Under the pieces are notes generated by a model, which searched no databases, was not told where the DNA came from, and worked only from the letters and a program-made list of their open reading frames with translations. From the NCBI GenBank assembly GCA_028023455.1, contig JAQFVV010000005.1, positions 10,292,001-10,356,000 on the forward strand: a stretch of DNA of 64,000 nt. The letters are read 5' to 3'. A program made the position numbers and the translations under genes. Position 1 is the stretch's first letter, and each line of letters opens with the position of its first letter. Shown in pieces: positions 13,522 to 26,149 of this stretch. The DNA comes from Epiperipatus broadwayi. Its lineage: Eukaryota; Animalia; Onychophora.

Positions 13522-14137
13522 CAACTTTTGAATGTTTAGACGCTATTGTAAGAAAAGCTTATCATAAATGTGTTTTGAATTAAGCTTAGCACTTTCGATG
13601 ACTAGTCATGGACTCATATTCATAGCAATAAAATATATACTGGGTGGGTGCATATATATATATGCAAAAAGTTTATTCATATTATATGGCCCATTTTTCA
13701 AAAGAGGAAAACCGGAGTTTTTCTTATTCATGGACCTGGAATTGTTAGCTATATGCCTTGCTTCTTTGATCTTGCACTTGACATTATTTCTCTTGATACA
13801 AGTGATTTTTGCAACTGTGAGCTCGAATGTATGACCCATTACCTTTTGGTGATTGAGGAAAATAGACTTGTGCTCTGGTTTTTTAAAGTTCTTTTATGAA
13901 GATATTAGTGTTGTGAAAGCTTTGTGGGAGACTAGTATGTGACTCACCATAGTTTATAAATAGCTCTGATCCAGCTTGGGGACATACTATCTTGTATACA
14001 GTGTGGGGAATTTGTTCAGTATGGAGTTTATCTTTCAAATTGTTTAGGAGTCTATTTATTGTGGGTGAAATACCAAAGCGATGGCACTGTGAGCAGATTT
14101 TGGTTAAATTTTTGGCCCTGTGTGGAATGTAGGGAAG
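13522..14137 (-). mobile_element. Penelope-like element 3' fragment encoding a disrupted GIY-YIG endonuclease
   Basis: Minus strand LPYIPH..KNLTKIC...INRLLNNLKDKL..EQIPHTVYKIVCP....FINYGES, then a frameshift to KPEHKSIFLNHQKVMGHTF...KCKIKEARHIANNSRSMNK. Segment is absent from the paralogous site at ~55465. Confidence 0.8.
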
Positions 14138-15031
14138 CAGTCATAATGATTCATTGTGGAAAAAAATATTTTTGTATAATTCAATACATAGGAACAATTT
14201 TTCATTAAAAACAATAAAAAAGTTTATTTACAATAAAAAATAATAAGCAATGATGTGTCATTACAGATCCAGTGAGCAAGAGAATAACTTTAAGATAGAT
14301 ATTGTAAGTAATAAGTTACATAATAACCAAACAACACACACACAAAATAATATAATAAAACAGAACAATAGCAATGTACATGTATATGATCAGCAAATAT
14401 AAAAATAAACAAAATATAGCTAGATTAGTAAATACATAATGAATATATTATTTTAAGAATTAGTATGTGTTCAGGAATGAGAAAATGATCCAAACATCAT
14501 AAAGTGATTATCAAAATTGTCAATTCAGGAGCATCACATACAAGATGGCATATCAATAAACAGGCACTAATTAACAGAATTAGCAAATGAAACTCATATT
14601 GCAATGTGACAATACAATATTATATAAAACAATAATTCTATTGAAGGACTGCTTTTCATAAAGCTGACTTTAGAGGTGAAATATTCTATGAATAAGGATT
14701 AAACTATTTCATTTAATCAAGACAATTCAATCCATTTGAATAAATAAAACAAAAGGAAAAGTCTAATGAAAGTGTTAACTAAAACAACTATTCTGCACCA
14801 TGTGTAACTAATTCATTTAGTTGATTTATTATACTGTGCCTAAAGTAGAATTTTTTTTTCATTACAATAATGCAACAATAACTTTTCCTATTATTGCCCT
14901 AAAAAGAACTTATTAAAAATATATCAGCATATCTAAGTTTTATTATCATGATAGTTTTTATAATTTACTATACATTCAGTTTCATATGATTTAGTGTTAA
15001 AATGTTAATAAAGTTTTGTATATTAGAATAT

Positions 15032-16214
15032 GATTTGAACTCAGACTTTCAACCACCCACCAACTATGCACACTATCTCATACAACTAAAACACATGACC
15101 ACATACATATAGAAATGATAAATAATCACCAATATATGTACTTCATGCTAAACCAGCACTCATCAGTTGGCCCAGATTATCATCTCCCACACATATATAT
15201 AATCAGTGATCAGTTTATATTAAGATAGCAATTCTTCACACTTTAATGGACAGGCTTCAATCTACTCCAACCTCCAACTTTTCAGTCATCCATATCATTA
15301 AAAATCTGAAGATGGAAAGCTAAATCCCATGCTGATGCCAACATTATTGCCAAGCCCATATGACCTGAAGTCAGCATGGGATTTGGCTTTCCATTTTCAG
15401 AATTTCAATGATATGGAAGGCTGAAAAGTTGGCGTAGATTGAAGCCTGTCCATTACAGTGCAAAGATTTGCTATCTTAATATAACTGAGCACTGATTATA
15501 TATGTGTGTGTGTGTGTGGGAGATGATAATCTGGACCAACTGATGAGAGCTGGTTTAGCATGAAATATGTATATTGGTGTTTATTTATCTTTTCCACATG
15601 TGTGGTCATGTCTATCAGTTGTATGAGATAGTGTGGATAGTTGGTGGGTGGTTGAAAGTCTGAGTTCAAATCCCTTAAACTTATAATTCAGTTCCAGGTT
15701 TGTGAAGAGTGCCTGGTTTTCAAATATTTACATATAAGCTTGTATCCTGCCCATCCCTCTTCTATGTATTTAAATGGATAAGGTCCTATACATGAGGGGT
15801 CAGAGCAATTTCAGGTCAACTTGGGCTTGGCAATAATGTTGGCATCAGCATGGGATTTGACTTTCCATCTTCAGATTTTCAATGATGTGGATGGCTGAAA
15901 AGTTGGAGGTTGGATTAGATTGAAGCCTGTCCATTAAAGTGTGAAGATTTGCTATCTTAATATAAATTGAGCACTGATTATATATATATATGTGTGTGTG
16001 TGGGAGATGGTAATCTGGACCAATTGATGAGTGCTGGTTTAGCATGAAATACATATATTGGTGATTATTTATTTTTTCTACATGTGTTTGGTCATGTGTA
16101 TCAGTTGTATGAGATAATGTGGATAGTTGGTGGGTGGTTGAAAGTCTGAGTTCAAATCCCCTATACTTACAATTCAGTTCCAGGTTTGTGAAGAGTGCCT
16201 GGTTTTCAAATATT
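15032..16214. mobile_element. Family A composite insertion: inverted copy (15032-15369) plus tandem plus-strand copies (15371-16214)
   Basis: 13-bp TSD tatattagaatat at 15019-15031 and 16215-16227. Empty site in the paralog at ~56575-56600. Arms 15032-15335 and 15371-15673 are reverse complements. Confidence 0.9.
15521..15591 (+). ncRNA. Type I hammerhead ribozyme motif (family A); further copies at 15128-15171 (minus, GAAG variant) and 16019-16062 (C3U variant)
   Basis: accaa-CTGATGA (15540-46)-gagct ggttt agcat-GAAA-TA-TG-TA-TA (predicted cleavage after 15573)-ttggt. Stem I extends past a tgg bulge (taatc/gatta in the 16.0 kb copy) and agat/atct. Confidence 0.8.
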
Positions 16215-16578
16215 TATATTAGAATATACTAAACCCTTTAGATTATGACATACCACAAAGGGCCTGTTCTCAGAAAATCATTCATTTTACTTTGTACTTT
16301 TTGTCTTGAAAACTATTAAAGTTTTGATTTTATAAAACATACTTTCCAGACACATAAGGCATATTGATTTATTCTTTCTATAAAAGCAATATGTGTTGAT
16401 CCATGTCTATTGAAATATATAATTTTCGTGAGAATTTTTTTTATCCTACTTGATATGGACACCATAATAAAAAACAAAATAAATGCAAAATAATAATAAA
16501 ACAACGTAAAATTCTAATTTTATTTTTGTGAATGAAAGGAGAGCCTTTGATTCCTCTTGGAGGCCTTAAAGGAACCGA

Positions 16579-16671
16579 GCAGGGCAAATTCCTAATGTCC
16601 ACTCCATACGTTCTTGTCGTTGCAGCTGTTATTACTATGTGATTATTCATATAGTATACAAACATGGATGG
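16579..16671 (+). ncRNA. Possible degenerate HDV-like ribozyme in the RTE 5' UTR
   Basis: P2 ccactccat/atggatgg, P3 acg/cgt with 7-nt L3 ttcttgt, P4 hairpin actatgtga-ttat-tcatatagt, J4/2 aCaaa. P1 is imperfect and the P1.1 GG is missing. Confidence 0.45.
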
Positions 16672-16831
16672 GCTGCTCACCAACACGCATTATCCAGCGT
16701 GGTGAGTTTATTGGCTTTTTACCTCTGAGTTTAAGATCAAGAAACACCGTGGTCTTTCTTCTCAGTGCCTGATAAGGCAGAATGAATGTTTGTGTAAATG
16801 ATAAATATTTTTCCAATACATATATACAATT

Positions 16832-19785
16832 ATGACAGACAAAAATAAAGCATGGCCCTTATTCCCAGGAGGCTGTAAAGTCACCAACCAAGGCAGCGGT
16901 TGGTGGCCAAAGGCGGAGGGTGCTAAGAATCCCCTGATTGCGGACCCAGGCTGCCATTTGATGACGACTTTTTATTTAGGTACTTACAACTGCAGATCAC
17001 TTTCAAGTGAAGGAAGATTGCAAGAATTAGAAGAAGAACTGTCTTATATTAAATGGGACATTATTGAACTTTGTGAAGTTAGAAGAAAAGGAGAAGAAAC
17101 AATTGATTTAAAAAGTGGACATATACTCTATTATAAAGGCACACATTGGAAATACAAGTGGAGTAGGATTCATTATAAATAAAAAGTGGAAGAACAATAT
17201 TGTGGAGATTGATGGTGTATCGGACAGAGTGGCAAGATTAGTTATACAACTTAATAGCAGATACCAAATGCAGATAATTCAGGTTTATGCCCCAACAAGT
17301 TCTCATAGTGATGAAGTAGTAGAAGATTTTTATATGGATGTACAAAAGGCTTTTGATCAGAGTAAACAACATTTTAAAATTGTTATGGGAGACTTTAATG
17401 CTAGAATTGGTAGACAAATGAAAGATGAAATTGCTGTAGGTAATTTTGGTTATGGTAATAGAAATGAGAGAGGACATAGACTTGTGGAGTTTGCAGAAAA
17501 AGAAAAACTTTATATTATGAATTCATTTTTTGAGAAAAATGTTAAAAGGAAATGGACATGGAAGCATCCAAATGAAGGTACAGCAGAATTGGATTATATT
17601 TTGACTAACAGAAAATACATATTTCAAGATTGTAATGTTCTTAATAAATTTAACACAGGAAGTAATCATCGATTAGTAAGGTGTAAGTTACGTGTTAATG
17701 TAAAACTAGAAAGACAAAAATTATTAAGAAAAACAATATTTACAGTTGATATTCCTAATCTTCAGAACCATTCTAATGAATTTAAATTAGAACTTACAAA
17801 TAGGTTGCAAGTGTGAGGAGATTTTGAACATGATACAGATTTGAATGAAATTAATATGAAAATAAATGATACACTTTTAAAAACTGCAACAAACATAGCT
17901 GGTAGAAAAGAGCAGCAATTGACTAATAAAATTTCTACTGAGAGTAGAGAATTTATGAAGAAAAGAAGGAATATGAAGATATACAAAAATGATGTATTAA
18001 AAAGAATTGAATATCTCGAATTTTGTAAAATGGTACGGAAAAGAGTTGAAAATGATATAAGAAAGTATAACTGTGAAATAGCAAGGAAAGCTGTAGAAGA
18101 AAATAAAAGTCTCAAAAATGTTAAACAACATTTTGGTATTGGTAGGATATTTATATCTGCAATAAGAAAAAAAGATGAAATTATTACTAAAAAGAGAGAT
18201 GACATCATGAAATTGGTAGAAGATTTTTATCAAGAATTATATAGTAATAAAGAACAAGTACCTCTTATATCTATTACATCTTCCGAATTGCCCAGAATTT
18301 TAAATGAAGAAGTGAGACATGCAATTAAGTGTATGAAGAAAGGAAAGGCTCCAGGAAATGATGGAATTATAATTGATATATTAAAAGAAGAAGGTGAAGA
18401 AATAGAAACAATTTTAGCAAAGTTATATACCAAATGTCTAAATGATAAAGATGTACCGGAAGATTGGAAGAATGCAGTAATAATATTAATATTTAAAAAA
18501 GGTGATAAAGAAGATATTAGAAATTACAGACCTATCAGCCTTTTATCAGTTTTATATAAAATTTTTACCAAGATAATTACAACTCGTCTACAGAGAACTT
18601 TGGATTTCCACCAACCAAGAGAACAAGCTGGATTTAAAAGTGGTTTTAGTACAATAGATCATATCCAGGTATTGAGAGAAGTCATAGAAAGGACAAATGA
18701 ATATGAGTTGTCATTATGTTTTGGATTTGTAGATTATGAAAAGGCATTCGATTCTATATACATTTCTTCAGTGATTAAAGCATTGGATCATCAAGGTATA
18801 GATCCAGGATATTGTCATATTTTAAAGAATATTTATAAAAATGCAACAGCAACAATTAGATTACATAATGATACTGGAAAAATCAACATTGAGAAAGGTG
18901 TAAGACAAGGTGACTCCATATCTCCAAAACTCTTTACAGCAGTGCTGCAAGAAGTATTTTGTGGATTAAAATGGGAAACTAAAGGAGTGAAAGTAAATGG
19001 AGAGTATTTAAGTCATTTAGATTTTGCAGATGATGTAGTTGTTTTTGCAAATAATGCTTCAGAACTGCAGGAAATGTTGCAGGAGTTAGCAGATGAAAGT
19101 AGAAAAGTAGGACTAAAGATAAATGTTAAAAAGACTAAAGTAATGTTTAATCGATTTGCTCAAAATATGAAAATAAAGATTGATTATGAAGAATTAGAAG
19201 AAGTTAACAGTTACAAATACCTTGGTCAGATTATTAATACAGATGGAAACATAATCGGGGAAATTAATCATAGAATTAAACTTGGTTGGAGCGCTTTTGG
19301 TAGAAATAACTTGATACTAAAATGAAATATGCCTATGTGTTTGAAAAGGATGGTTTTTAACAAATGTGTTTTACCAGTTCTTACTTATGGATCTGAGACT
19401 TGGACACTTAATAGAAGAGCAATACAGACTTCAGACCACTCAAAGGAGTATGAAGAGATGTATGTTGGAAGTAACAAGAAGAGATCGAAAACGCAATGTA
19501 TGGGTAAGACAACAAACAGGTGTTACTGACCTTATTGAAAAAATTAAAAGATTGAAATGGAGTTGGGCTGGACATATTGCTAGAAGAGATGATAATAGGT
19601 GGACAATTGAAATTTTAAACTGGATTCCAAGAGATTGTAAAAGACCCAGAAAGAGACCACATGTGAGATGGATGGATGAAATAAGAAAATGTGCAGGGGT
19701 GTTGTGGAGAAGAGAAGCTAAAGATCAGAGAAGATGGATTAAACTTGGAGAGACCTTCATCCTGCAGTGGATTGATAACGGTTGA
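16832..19785 (+). pseudogene. APE endonuclease-reverse transcriptase ORF with 2 frameshifts (~17140, ~19430) and 2 in-frame stops (17814, 19323)
   Basis: GTYNCRSL, WDII.LCEVRR, GDFNA, LDYIL (APE); YRPISLLS, QAGF, FVDYEKAFDS, GVRQGDSISPKLF, FADD, YKYLG (RT); WAGHIARR C-terminus typical of RTE. Confidence 0.93.
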
Positions 19786-20406
19786 TGATGATGATGATGA
19801 TGACAATTAGTATGTGAAAATCACCATAAAAGCAAACAAATGCCCTTAATATTATAGATTAAATCTATAATTAGATTGACCACACAAGAAAGAACCAGAA
19901 TCATTATAAAGAAAGGATGTAATTGAGAAAAAATATTTTATTTTACTTAACTTTTAGTTTAATATTTGAACTACATGCACATATTTAAATAGATATACAA
20001 GACAATTTTATATTTGTTTTTAAAAATATCTGGATGCCATATTGAAAGATTTGGAGGGCTGGAGGTTCTCTATCCATTTTAAATCAAAAAATATCTAAGC
20101 ATCACAACTTAAACATCATTTCCAGAAGAATGAAAATAAGAATAAAATAGAATTATCATCTACTATATATTGATTGCTCTAGCTTGTGATAGATGGCAAA
20201 ACTGGAGTAGAATGAAGAAACTTCTGAATAGCAAAACCAGAAATTTAAATTCACCTATTGATAAATTTCTCTTCTAAATGGAATAATTTTTATTAATAGT
20301 AGAAGGTAAATCAATTCACAGACTTAGCTTTCTGTCTGAAATACTTTCACTACATGCAATAATAAATTTCCTACAAATGTAAATAACCCACTTTAGTAAA
20401 ATTGAA

Positions 20407-22068
20407 TTATATCAATTGTATGAAAATCTCAATAGATTCATAATCCATGAAATGATTAGCTTCATGTTCTTCTACAACACATTTCTTGGAGTTTTCATAA
20501 TCACACAAATGACACTTGAACACTTTGTGACTGTTTGATATACATTTGATTTCATCATTATTTTGCTTAAGCTTCTGAGACTGTTTCAGGTGAGTGCATT
20601 TCTTAATACTTATAATATGAGAATCTTTTTTACATATGCTGCAGGAGAAATGTTTTTTTTCTGTATGCATTTTCACATGCAATTTAAAGCTTTTTTTGTC
20701 AGAAATCCTGTAATCACATAAGTTACATGCAAAAACATTTTGTTCTCTAATATGAATAGTTTCATGTGTTTTTAAACTGCTTTTTATAATAGTTGTATTA
20801 GAATGCATTTTTTCATGACTTTTTATATTACTTTTGGCAGTTTTCAAATCATACATGCTGCAGTAGAAAGATTTTTTCTTTGCATGTATTTGCTCATGTA
20901 GTTTTAAACTACTTTTTCTAATACACCTATAATTACACAAGCTGCAGTGGAAAGGTTTCTCTCCTGTATGTGTTCTTTCATGATCATTTAAATAAAAATT
21001 TTTAGTAGTCCTATAGTCACACCATCTGCATTTGTAAGATTGTTCTCTTGTATGGTAACTTTCATGTAGTTGTAATCTTTTTTTAAAAGCGGTCTTATAA
21101 TCACAACTGCTACATTGGAATGGTTTTTCTCTTGTATGTATTGTATCATGTACTTTTAAACTTATTTTATCAGCTGTCTTATAACCACAAGATCTACAAT
21201 GAAAAGGTTTTTCACCTGTATGTTTTGTTTTATGCATTTTTAAACTAAAATTTGCAGCAGCTTTATAATCACACAGGTCACAGTGAAAAGGTTTGTCTCC
21301 AGTATGTTTTCTTTCATGCCTGATCAAATTTATTTTTATGGAAGTCTTGTAATCACACCAACTACACTTGAAACGTTGTTCTCCTGTATGAAAATGTTCA
21401 TGTATTTTAAGCTTTTGTTTATCAGCTGATTTGTAATCACATTGGCTGCAATGGAATGGCTTCTCTCCAGTATGTATTACAATATGAGCCATTAAATTCC
21501 TTTTATAAGCATACTTATAATTACAAAATCTGCACTGAAATGGTTTTTCTCCTGTATGTGTCCTTTCATGTGCTTTTAAATTGTGCTTCTTAGCAGTTTT
21601 ATAATCACACCAAATACATTCAAATGGTTTTTGTCCTGTATGTGAACTTTCATGAATTGTAAGTGATTTTTTCTCTCCACTTCTGTAGTCACACAGACTA
21701 CAGTGATATGGTTTTTCTCCTGTATGTATTCTCTCATGTATCATTAAAGTGCTTTTTAGCCGGCTTTTATATGTACAAAATCTGCAGTGAAAAGGTTTTT
21801 CTTCTGTGTGAGTTTTTTCATGAACTTTCATGCGACTTTTGTTGACTGATTTATAATCACACAAGTTACATTGAAATGGTTTTTCTTCTGAATGTGATCG
21901 CTCATGTGTTGATAAAGTATTTTTCCAAGCTGTCATGAAGTTACAATGAAAAGGTTTTTCTTCTGTGTGTATCGTTCTATGAAGGTTGAAATTATGTTTC
22001 ACACCTGTCTTGTAATCACACAACGTACAGTGGAAAGGTTTTTTTCTGGAATGTTTATTCTCATGCAT
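20407..22068 (-). CDS. C2H2 (Kruppel-type) zinc-finger array protein, ~15 intact plus ~4 degenerate fingers; 5' end uncertain
   Basis: 553-aa ORF of repeated CxxCDYK...L..H...H fingers with TGEKPF linkers. No N-terminal effector domain within the ORF. Confidence 0.9.
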   Translation of the reverse strand: MHENKHSRKKPFHCTLCDYKTGVKHNFNLHRTIHTEEKPFHCNFMTAWKNTLSTHERSHSEEKPFQCNLCDYKSVNKSRMKVHEKTHTEEKPFHCRFCTYKSRLKSTLMIHERIHTGEKPYHCSLCDYRSGEKKSLTIHESSHTGQKPFECIWCDYKTAKKHNLKAHERTHTGEKPFQCRFCNYKYAYKRNLMAHIVIHTGEKPFHCSQCDYKSADKQKLKIHEHFHTGEQRFKCSWCDYKTSIKINLIRHERKHTGDKPFHCDLCDYKAAANFSLKMHKTKHTGEKPFHCRSCGYKTADKISLKVHDTIHTREKPFQCSSCDYKTAFKKRLQLHESYHTREQSYKCRWCDYRTTKNFYLNDHERTHTGEKPFHCSLCNYRCIRKSSLKLHEQIHAKKKSFYCSMYDLKTAKSNIKSHEKMHSNTTIIKSSLKTHETIHIREQNVFACNLCDYRISDKKSFKLHVKMHTEKKHFSCSICKKDSHIISIKKCTHLKQSQKLKQNNDEIKCISNSHKVFKCHLCDYENSKKCVVEEHEANHFMDYESIEIFIQLI

Positions 22069-23906
22069 TTTTTTTTTTTTTAATTTAATTTACACTAGTT
22101 TTGAAATCACAAATTGTCCACTGAAAAGTTTTTTTTTCTGTATTACTTTATGCAATATTAACTCTTTAGTTTGACCACTTTAAATTATATATTAGATCCC
22201 CAAATATTTTTTTTGTTGTTGTTAAAACATTTAAATTCATTTAAAAACATTTTTAGAAATTGATTGACTTATTCTGAATTTTTTTTTCCTTTCAAATGTT
22301 ACATTGATAAAGAAATTCATAGTACTTTTGTTCCTTAAGTAAAATATCAATTTAAAATACTAAAAATGCTCTACGTAAAACACTATTCCATAAAAACCCT
22401 TGCTAATATTGTGTTTAATTTGTAGCACTATTTCAAACTGATACTTTAATTAAACAATTAGAAGAATAAACTGAAGGCTTTTAAAAAAATTAAATTGAAT
22501 GGATAAAATTAGCAATATAAAATAGTTAATGAGTAAATAAAATATTATTTTAAAAAAACTAGACGTGGCATAGACTTCATAATAAATTTACTTTTGTAAT
22601 ATATTAAAAGGTTCTATAAACATAAAGATAGAAGATAATTTATAATCTTAAAATATAATTGAGTGTTTGAAAAATAAACCAAAACAGAGAAATATTTCAG
22701 AATACTGACTAAATTTTCTTCTAGCAGATTAATGATTATTTTTAAAAAAATTACTAAATTTTCTTTTGAATAAAATATTTTAATATCTTGTTTCTGATTA
22801 TATAAGATGAGTTATTTGAAATTCTATTGGTAAATTGTTAAAGAATCCTTTGATTTTTTATTTACATAAATAAGTATTCCATAAAATATTTCTCTATTAT
22901 TTTCTTTTTTGTCAAATTGATAAGTGCACAAGCTAAATAGTTTTTTTATTTGTTTTAAGAATGTATCACTTACTTCTGAAGATAAATTAATCAACATATC
23001 ACAATCAAAGATAATACTAAAATCATAAATATAGATCTTTTTAAAGTAGTAAGTTAATGTTAACTTTAACTATTAAACAATTTCAACAATGATTACAGTT
23101 TTAAAATCATTCTAGTGCAAATAAAGTTATTATTATTGTAATGTAAGTAAACTAGACAAAATATTTTTTTCTGAAAAAAATTTAAGAAAAAAGAAATAAA
23201 TACTGTTATTCTCTCAGTAAAAACTATTTGCTAATGAAATCACTTTCAGACAGAAAGAAATCATTTTATAACTTGATAAAAAATATTATTTTGAAATAAA
23301 TTTTGAAGGAAAATTCTTTAACAATATTAGGTTTTTTAACTATTTGTTACAATAAATACAAATTAACTCTGTCATTCTCTATATAAATTAACACAATGTT
23401 CAAAATACCTATTTTTATTTTCAACTTCTTTATCTATAAAAATGATTACTTTGACTTAACAATATTTTACACAAAATATTTATAATCATTATAATAAATT
23501 CTCAATAGTTATTTTATATTTTTTTAATACACAAATAAACATTATGTTACAATTTACCTTCTTTTAGATTTAAAGACAGATTACATTAACAGATAAAATT
23601 TTCAAATATAGATCACTTTTCCCAAAAAAAGTAATATGTTTACATTATTTTCATTAGAACTGATTCTTATATTCATTTTAATGACAGCAATGCTTCTTGA
23701 TATAGTGTTAAATCACATGTTTTAAAGAATCCTCTGCTCCTTCCCATCCAAAAACTATAAAATCATCATGGGAAATTAACACATTCGCTGACAATAATAA
23801 TTTCAAAATTGACTGCTTAACCAGGGCATTTACCAGTTTTTGGGCAAATTGAATACCCTATTATAATTATTTCAGACAATTAAGGTGAGTTATTTTCAGA
23901 AATTAC

Positions 23907-24040
23907 CTTGTAGTTTGACATATCTCTTTTGCAATAGATTATAATGAGTTATGATAAATTACTATTTGTAATACAGCTTCCATCACAAAGCCATCACAAT
24001 AATCTTAAGCATTTGAGTTGTAGATGTGAAGATACTCAAC
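23907..24040 (-). other. Candidate 134-bp minus-strand exon, possibly an upstream exon of the zinc-finger gene
   Basis: ttttttttag acceptor and aag|gtaatt donor on the minus strand; all frames contain stops, so UTR or decayed. Confidence 0.25.
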
Positions 24041-24779
24041 CTAAAAAAAATGTCAATAAATATGAGCATTATTAAACAATTTGTATAAACAAAAGTATTT
24101 TTAATAGTTTAAATTAATCTTATTCATGTTTGATTTTTATAAGGCTAATTTCCTTATAGATAAAATGTTTTATATAAATTTGTTTTAAATCTAATACAGT
24201 GATAAATATGCAAGCAGTTTAAAATATTTTTTTATATTGAGGCATTTTAGAGATATTTTGGTTATGTAACATTTACTAAGTGTACAATCATAAATGAAAC
24301 AGGAACAAAAAATAGAAAAAACAAGATATATTTTTATCTATACATACTAAAACTGGAAATTAGCATGGAATTTGTGATAATAATAATAATGCCTTCCATT
24401 TTCTCAACAATGTAAAATTATAAAATGTTGTTAGAATGAAATTACAACAAAAGATTGACAACACATCAAGAATAAATGCCATGAGAAGATTAGAAAAGAA
24501 AAGAAATAGTAAACTTTGCTAAAAAATACTTACACATTTCAAACAACAGATATAATGAACATATGCTAAAAAACAGAATTAAAGATTATTCTGAATTCAA
24601 AATATCAACTTTTAACTGCCAAAATATCATACAAAAGATAAAAATAATAAAATAACAATACACTATTTTAGTTTTTTTAAAAAATGACAACACATTAAAG
24701 AATTTCAGATAAAACTGTTATTAAATAGACATAAGTTCCTTTTCTCTCATCCAATTATGCCACCTAATGTAAAATTAAA

Positions 24780-24960
24780 TAATCAACAGATGCCAAATGA
24801 TAGCATTTAATAAATCCTTATCCAATACTATTCCATCAATTGAATATTTCAAGAGGAGTTTCTAGCTTATGATATTCATCATTTGGATATTGCAATAGTC
24901 CATGTAGATTTTTTGGATCGAATGCAACTTTCATCCAGAGGCCATTATTTAATGTCAAGC
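24780..24960 (-). mobile_element. Possible piggyBac transposase N-terminal remnant
   Basis: WMKVAFDP...ETPLEIF, then frameshifted LDKDLLNAII, resembles TP.E.F..FF...LL..IV. Short and weak. Confidence 0.25.
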
Positions 24961-26149
24961 CACTAGACCAAATTAAGTAGGGATACAGATTTATTAAGCA
25001 CTCTGACCTGGTATCTATTGACTTACTCAACCTTATACTAAGTGGAATCACTAGACTGAGAAAAAAATTGCTAGTGAATATTATTTTGTAAGATAAGATC
25101 ATGTGATATTTTACTGATTTTATACTTTTACAGATACAACAGGAATAGTTTGAAAAAAATATCTAAAAAATACTTAATACGATTCCTATAAATTATTTTC
25201 AAAAATTATAAGAAGTTTCTTAATTTTTAAATGTTAAAAAATAATCCCTTTTATTAACATTTTTAGAATTTTTTTAAAAATATATTTTAATATGGTGTCT
25301 TTAAAAATAGTTTCTCAGCTTTTTAGTGATGTCTTATGAGATGACGTAGCATTGATAGTTTTACCATCAATTTCAAATGAAGGCATTGATTTGTCAAAAT
25401 AAAAAAGAAATGGAGGAAGATTGCAGTAATTGGTTCTAATATCACAAATATGAAAAAAGACATAAAAAATGTATTATGGGCTTTGATTGTTACGTATGCT
25501 TTAATATATATAAAACAAGGATTGTAAAATATACTTAGTGAAATTCTTATTTGTAACATTGAATGAGATCTAAGGCATTGAAATCTATCATGTTAAAAAG
25601 TTGAAGAAATTTTTTTGAAACTAGAACGATCAGGACCAAGACTGGATGAACTCATTCTCACAATGAAACAACTATTGAAAAATGTGAGGCTTCAAGGAGA
25701 TATATTTTGACAAAATATTTATATTGTTGTCAAAAGTAAATGAATATAGCCACTCAAAATAAATAAAAAAAGCAGAAATACAAAGAATAAAATTTTGTGA
25801 TTACTGCATACAAATTCAATCTGTGAACCACCAATTCATTAATGTATATCATGTTGGTTGATTAATCTTCAAAAATCAATAATAAACTTTATGAAAGATT
25901 TCAACTCCTAGTAATGATTGTAATTCTCTACTGTATTCTATATGAGCTCTGACTTCCTGATAAAAATAATCAATAATGCATTTCTTTAAATTGTTTTTGA
26001 GAGAATCCTATGAAAACCATAATCAAGTTTACCATTAAATATTTTTCATGAAGTTTCTAATAATTTATTCAGTTTATATGTCCAATCAAAGACTTGGCTA
26101 TATAAAAGTAGATATTATAGAATTACAACAAGCAAGCACTGGTTCCAAT

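Larger units (their letters stand above)
11165..16345 (+). repeat. Old dispersed/segmental duplication, copy 1 (paralog at 52898-56710)
   Basis: Colinear similarity (roughly 75-80% by eye) from tataaacatg..gtactaattactttaag to gattttataaa. Carries insertions absent from copy 2. Confidence 0.85.
16540..19803 (+). mobile_element. RTE-clade non-LTR retrotransposon, near full length, inactivated
   Basis: Single APE+RT ORF; (GAT)n 3' tail at ~19783-19803, typical of RTE; GC-richer 5' UTR. Confidence 0.93.
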
